From Octopus bimaculoides (Eukaryota), in assembly GCF_001194135.2 (NCBI RefSeq), contig NC_068998.1, forward strand, positions 33,144,978-33,199,540: a stretch of 54,563 nt of DNA. Reading direction: 5' to 3'. Below the pieces are notes generated by a model. That model saw only the letters and a list, made by a program, of their open reading frames with translations, was not told the DNA's origin and searched no databases. Positions 49,750-54,563 of the stretch are shown here, piece after piece; position 1 is the first letter of the stretch; every line of letters begins with the position of its first letter. A program made the translations under genes and the position numbers.

Positions 49750-51080
49750 TTTCCATACATTCACAGACATTGTTCTGCATCTTCTGAAGAACCTTTATCT
49801 TCCTAAGAGAAAGTGATAGTCTTTCTCTTGGAATTTTAGCAGCATTGTAACATGGTCTTTCATTAGTGGTTCCTTTATTTTCCAAGCAGGAGAACTGTCT
49901 CATCAGAAAAGTGAAATTATGCTAAGTACAACTAAATTGAAAACCTTTTTCCCCTAACCATAGCAATTCTGAAAACTTTTGGGTAGGAATTTTACATGAG
50001 TAGAAGCTTTTTTTAACAAATTTTATCCTGAAAATCACCTGGTCGATATGGCCCTGCTTGCATTGCAAGGTCAACTCCATACCTATACCTAACCAGTTTT
50101 GCTTAGGTAGTTTCTTGACCTCCAGTATTGTGACGTCAGCTTCTAAACCTGCCATGATGGCCGCTACTAACCAGGCAATGGATATTTCTGTCGGCATATT
50201 TAGCATCCTAATCTTGGCAACACGTTGGCTGCGAATGCTGGGGATTAAGAAAAAGTTGTCATTCTTCAAAGTGGTTGTGGAATTACATCTAGCTTCTTCT
50301 TCCATCCTAAATCTCACCTCAATGGTTCCAAACTTCTTTCCTCGGGCGGTGTGGGTCTTTTGTTCCCACACGCATCTAAGGCATTTTTGTACTTCTCTCT
50401 CAGGCGCATTTTCCACTTGCCAAGACTTGACTTTGATGCAACGGTATGTGACCGTGCATCTTGCAATATTTTCTATCATGTCATATGGAGGGTTTAGAGC
50501 CACCCTTCTCCCATCTCGTTTTACAATTATTTTTGCAAATTTTAATTCTTCTTCATCTATGTGGAAGCATTTCTTATTTCTCACCACTGACGCAAAAGAT
50601 GGAGGGGCAATATTTGCATTTTTATATTCTGTTTCTTTTGTATTGTTGTTGGTGTTATTATTGTTGTTGTTGTTATTGTTGCTGCTGCTGCTGTTGTTCT
50701 CTTTGTCGACACCGAAAGTTTTGACGTTGGTCAGGCACGAAGCATTTTTCGCTTCAGTGGCGTCATTAAGTTTAAGTCATTTGATGTTGATATTCTCAAT
50801 TCGTCCCTTGGTTTCAAAATTTCTCGATAAGGAGTGCATTCCTTTGTCAAACATTATGATGGCTTCTTTATCATCCATCTTCAAAAACTTAGAGAAAATT
50901 GCACAATATTTGTTTTTGCCAAAAGCAATTAAAATTCAAACATTATTTATGCACACTCCTTGCAAAACAGGGGGTGTTTCTACACAAAAATACTATCTGC
51001 GCAATCCAGACAATCTCAGAGATGTAATGATAACAACAGAAATTAAAAAACAGGGCCTTAGAAGGCCGAAAAACTAAAAG
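49750..51080 (-). mobile_element. 5' part of an L1/Tx1-type LINE: 5' UTR and disrupted ORF1
   Basis: MDDKEAII...(stop)...poly-Asn...PPSFASVVRNKK...RVAKIRMLNMPTEISIAWLVAAI... then a frameshifted knuckle-like NCYG*GEKG..FSC; clade assignment by recall only. Confidence 0.6.
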
Positions 51081-51134
51081 TACTTTTTCAACTTATGGAG
51101 CACCAAATTTCTGTAACTTCACAGTATGGCAGCC

Positions 51135-51171
<37 letters not shown>

Positions 51172-51400
51172 TAGTAATAATAATGCATCGTATTACTTAA
51201 TGTTGCCTTTCTTGTGATACCAGGAGTTATTGTCAGTGATGCAGGAAGGGCTCAACATTTGCAGTAACTGTCATTTCTTGGCATATAGTAGTTTCCGTGT
51301 GGAGATACAGTTTGCTGCTATCTTGCATATGGCTAATGCAGTATGCATCTTGTAATTTTTATTTCATTGAATCGTAGTGCTGACTAATTCTCATAAGTAG

Positions 51401-51436
51401 AAATCTTTACTTCTGATATGGAAGAAGTTAGTCATG
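51401..51436 (+). CDS. Candidate 36-nt exon (phase 1 to 1; IFTSDMEEVSH)
   Basis: Branch-like ctgactaat, tag acceptor, strong ATG|GTAAGT donor; phase not yet reconciled with the upstream candidates. Confidence 0.25.
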
Positions 51437-51773
51437 GTAAGTCTGTATGATGCGAGTGAAAACCACATTGGTTTTGATTTTTCTTTTAAGCTACTACAGA
51501 CACATAATATGAAGATGGCTGTTAGAAATAAGCAAAAGTTTTTTGTTGACTACCTCCTCCAGGAACCTTTTTGTTGAGGCTATATCTAATTTGATAGCTT
51601 AATATTAAAAACTGCTGTGAAACAGTGAATCCAATTATCTCTAAACCCATTACAAGGAAACTCATGGGTATTAATGATTTCACTTATGGAGAAACTATAG
51701 TTTCTGTTAATTTACTGTTACATAGATTTCTAAGAATGTATAAATCTATCTACCGAAACTGCTGTGACATTAA

Positions 51774-51995
51774 CCCTTTAAGCATTTAAACCGGCCATAT
51801 CCGGCCAAAAGTATTCTGCCTGTTTTATGTTCAAACTGGCCAGATCTGGTCTCTCACACCAACCCTACAGTATCGTTTTAAAAATTAACAGCTACCTCAT
51901 CAAAATCTCGCAGCTACAAGATAATGCATGATTAGTTCAAAACAATGTGGATAAAAAAGCATTAATTTGGGTAGAATAATGTGAACACTAAAGGG
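51774..51995. mobile_element. piggyBac-type MITE, younger copy
   Basis: TTAA(51770-51773)-cccttta...taaaggg-TTAA(51996-51999); CCC/GGG termini. Confidence 0.85.
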
Positions 51996-52060
51996 TTAAA
52001 CTTTAAATAAAAATGTGAAACTTAACTTTTTGCGGGAAGCATTTGTTTCATTATTTTCAG

Positions 52061-52124
52061 ATATACTCCAATGGGAACAAACGATAACAATAGTGTGTTT
52101 GACATGAATATATCAAGAAATTAA
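52061..52124 (+). CDS. Candidate terminal exon (YTPMGTNDNNSVFDMNISRN* in phase 2; DILQWEQTITIVCLT* in phase 1)
   Basis: Strong ttattttcag acceptor; AATAAA at 52132-52137; reading frame ambiguous. Confidence 0.25.
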
Positions 52125-53465
52125 GCATGTAAATAAATTGATATTTTCAAGTCATCATTTAAAGAAAAATGTGTTGTACTGTCAAAAGTATAGCAACAAG
52201 ATAAACCAGTTATAAAATAAGAAGGTTTTGATATTGAAATTGATGATAAACAAAAAGAAAACTGTTTATGACTTACAAACCACCTTTCTAGCAAGTATGT
52301 TTGACTTAGTAAAATATATTGCAAATATCAAAATCAAATAAATTTCTATAAAACCATTCAAAAAGCACAAAAACTGTCTTAATGCAAGGAAGACTATAGA
52401 CAATGAAAGAGTCTAGAAGAGTAATTTACATACTACCCACAACATAAGAAAGCTGTTAGGGTACACCAAAGTGAGAACATCCAAATATAAGCTAATAACT
52501 TTAAATTGAAATGAAAAGTTAATTGCTACAAGGAAAGACCTTTTGCATGAGAAAAGTCACCAAGAAGAACATAATCAGCTGGAAGTTTTGTGATAATGCA
52601 AAACCACCCGACAGTATTGTAATGAAGCCTTCTGCATTCCCCATTAGCATTTCATTGTGTCACTAGAGAGCATATTCAAATTCTACATGCTTCAATTTAT
52701 TTAGCTATAACAAATAAGTCTTACATACTTCTAGGGCAGTTGTCAGCAGTAGAACACAAACCTACTTCTCGTGACACTTCTTGGTCAATGACTATTTCTT
52801 TGGCAATTGAAAGCAATAATTGTCTAAAGTGTATATATTATTCTAATGCAAGAAATGAATGAAACTGAATAATTGTGTTTCAATTAACTTTTGACATAAC
52901 ATTTTGAGAACTTTAGTAAAATAAATATCATTTTCATTAGGTGTTGTGAACATGAAATATAAAAAAAAGTTCTTACAGAATTATAAAGGAAGGTACTGTA
53001 AGTAATGATGCTTGGGCAAAGATTACACATGCACGCACACATACACACACAAGCATATAATTATCATTATCAATCTAGTAAACTCCTTCTTTCCAAGCAC
53101 ACACACACACACACACACACACACAAGTTAGTGCTTTAAAAGCAAAGAAACTAATTATTCCTTGCTTTTACAGTACTAAACTATGATAGGGAATTTATTC
53201 TGTTTATTCTTCACTCCTTCAGACTCTTATCATAACTATGGTTTACTAAATACACCTGTATTTATTCAAGTGAGAAACACAGCTAAATACTAGATTTTAA
53301 TAGCTGCTGGATGATCAATGAGAATCTTGTTTATCTCCTCTCTAATAAGACAATAATCCTTTTATACTAATCCAGTACTTTATCTATCCAGTGGATGTAT
53401 GTTTTACATTGCTCACCCCTTTCTACAATATATTTTTTGTATATTTTTTTGTATAACATCGATGT

Positions 53466-53842
53466 ATTATTACCTCCACCTTAGTGAAGGTGGAGGTATT
53501 GTTTTCAGCCGTGTTTGTTTGTTTGTTTGTTTGTCCATGGACAAGATATCTCAAGAACCGCTGGATGGATTCAGATGAAACTTTCAGAGATGTTTGGCCT
53601 CATGACTGACACGAACTGATAAACTTTTGGGATCAATCCAGTACTGGACAACGATTCTGGATGATTTTTCCTGTTTTACTATTTAATTTTTGAGAGCAGT
53701 CAGGTTCGTTTTTAGTGTTCTCATTTGTGAGAGCAGTTGAGTTTATTTCAGGTATTCTCATTTTAAAAATCATACCTGGCTAATCGTTGTGAGGACGTTG
53801 GTGTTGCCTTGGAGGAGGTTTGTGCTCACTGACAGCTCGTTA
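53466..53842 (+). mobile_element. Helentron-associated non-autonomous element (HINE/DINE-1-like)
   Basis: 5' hairpin acctccacctt-agtg-aaggtggaggt, (GTTT)n, 3' subterminal ccttggaggaggt (53807-53819) and a short terminal stem-loop remnant ending at TT. Confidence 0.8.
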
Positions 53843-54563
53843 ATATTATTTTTCTGCAAAAATGACAATAATGGATGGTACCTCTCTCAGTGTAGACCTG
53901 TAAATCGGAGAGAAGGAATTGGAGAGGGCACTTGCTCTTGGTGTTCAGGTAAATCTCGAACAGTGGAGTTCCTTGATTATCCTTAGAGGTTCTCCTGTAT
54001 CAGGAGGGCTACATCTCTATCATTCTCCCCACCCTTTTAAAAAAACTTTTGTATACTATGAATATGTCCCTTCTTTTTTAGTGTATATTGTGTATATTTA
54101 CCCTTTTTTTTAATATCATTTCATTATATGCAAATGCCCACACTTTATGTCTGTCTTTGTATTGTCCCCCTCATCCTTTACCCTTGTGGCAAATATGGCT
54201 TTTAAGTGTTGATTTCTCAGCCCAAGAATTACAGCGTGATGTGCTGCTTGACTGGTCCCCCCTCTCTCTCTCTCTCTCTCTCTTTATATATATATATGAT
54301 GATGATGATGATGATCTTTTCTCCCGCCATGCCTCTGTCTACCCCTCCATCCTCTCTCTCCCCTTCGTAGTTTTTCCTTTAAGGTCTTCAGGTTCTGGCT
54401 ATATATAAATGAGAAACCCATTCTAAATTATCTCGCTGACGTACTACGACGAAATACCCAAGATGCAGATAAGATAGAGATTTTTTATTTATTTACGGCC
54501 TCAAACATCTCAATACCTTGCGCTTTAGTTTTGTCCCCTATTATTTATCTTGTTTCTCTCCAT

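Noticed and set aside
51224-51355. Good acceptor with a 43-codon open phase-0 frame (ELLSVMQEGLNICSNCH...)
   Set aside because: No compatible upstream donor phase and no recognisable homology; left unresolved.
53891-53950. Possible exon CRPVNRREGIGEGTCSWCSG with a CAG|GTAAAT donor
   Set aside because: Weak acceptor context, phase does not link to the upstream candidates, and another frame faintly resembles a decayed GIY-YIG end.
54428-54470. ctgacgt...gacgaaatacccaagat, hammerhead-like
   Set aside because: A9 is not conserved and there is no UH before the putative stem I.
1-54563. CRISPR arrays, rRNA genes, operons or intact transposase/RT genes
   Set aside because: None seen; the sequence is eukaryotic and every TE coding region is truncated or disrupted.

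Overview
AT-rich, microsatellite-dense animal genomic DNA from a gapped draft assembly (9 N-gaps). The SINE and LINE families look cephalopod, most likely Octopus (inference from repeat content). Most of the ORF track is microsatellite translation or antisense shadow. The window is dominated by retroelement relics: tRNA-derived SINEs, RTE/RTEX, CR1/L2, CRE and R4-like (RLE) LINE fragments, a Tx1/L1-type ORF1, and roughly 9 Penelope-like (PLE) remnants of varying confidence. It also holds mariner and piggyBac-type MITEs and a Helentron-type HINE. The most notable content is three elements with inverted terminal repeats carrying type I hammerhead ribozyme motifs. Two hammerheads (14064-14151 minus, 14665-14752 plus) have complete catalytic cores and an unusually long stem II. 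The third element (24752-25781, 11-bp TSD, GIY-YIG remnant) has a tRNA-derived Pol III A/B-box head directly upstream of the hammerhead inside its pseudo-LTR. The only plausible host gene is on the plus strand: a signal-peptide exon at 40111-40172 followed by short candidate exons (about 46-52 kb) of an unrecognised small secreted protein; its exon chain is unresolved. There is also a local segmental duplication near that exon and a perfect 248-bp palindrome with a template-switch-like scar.
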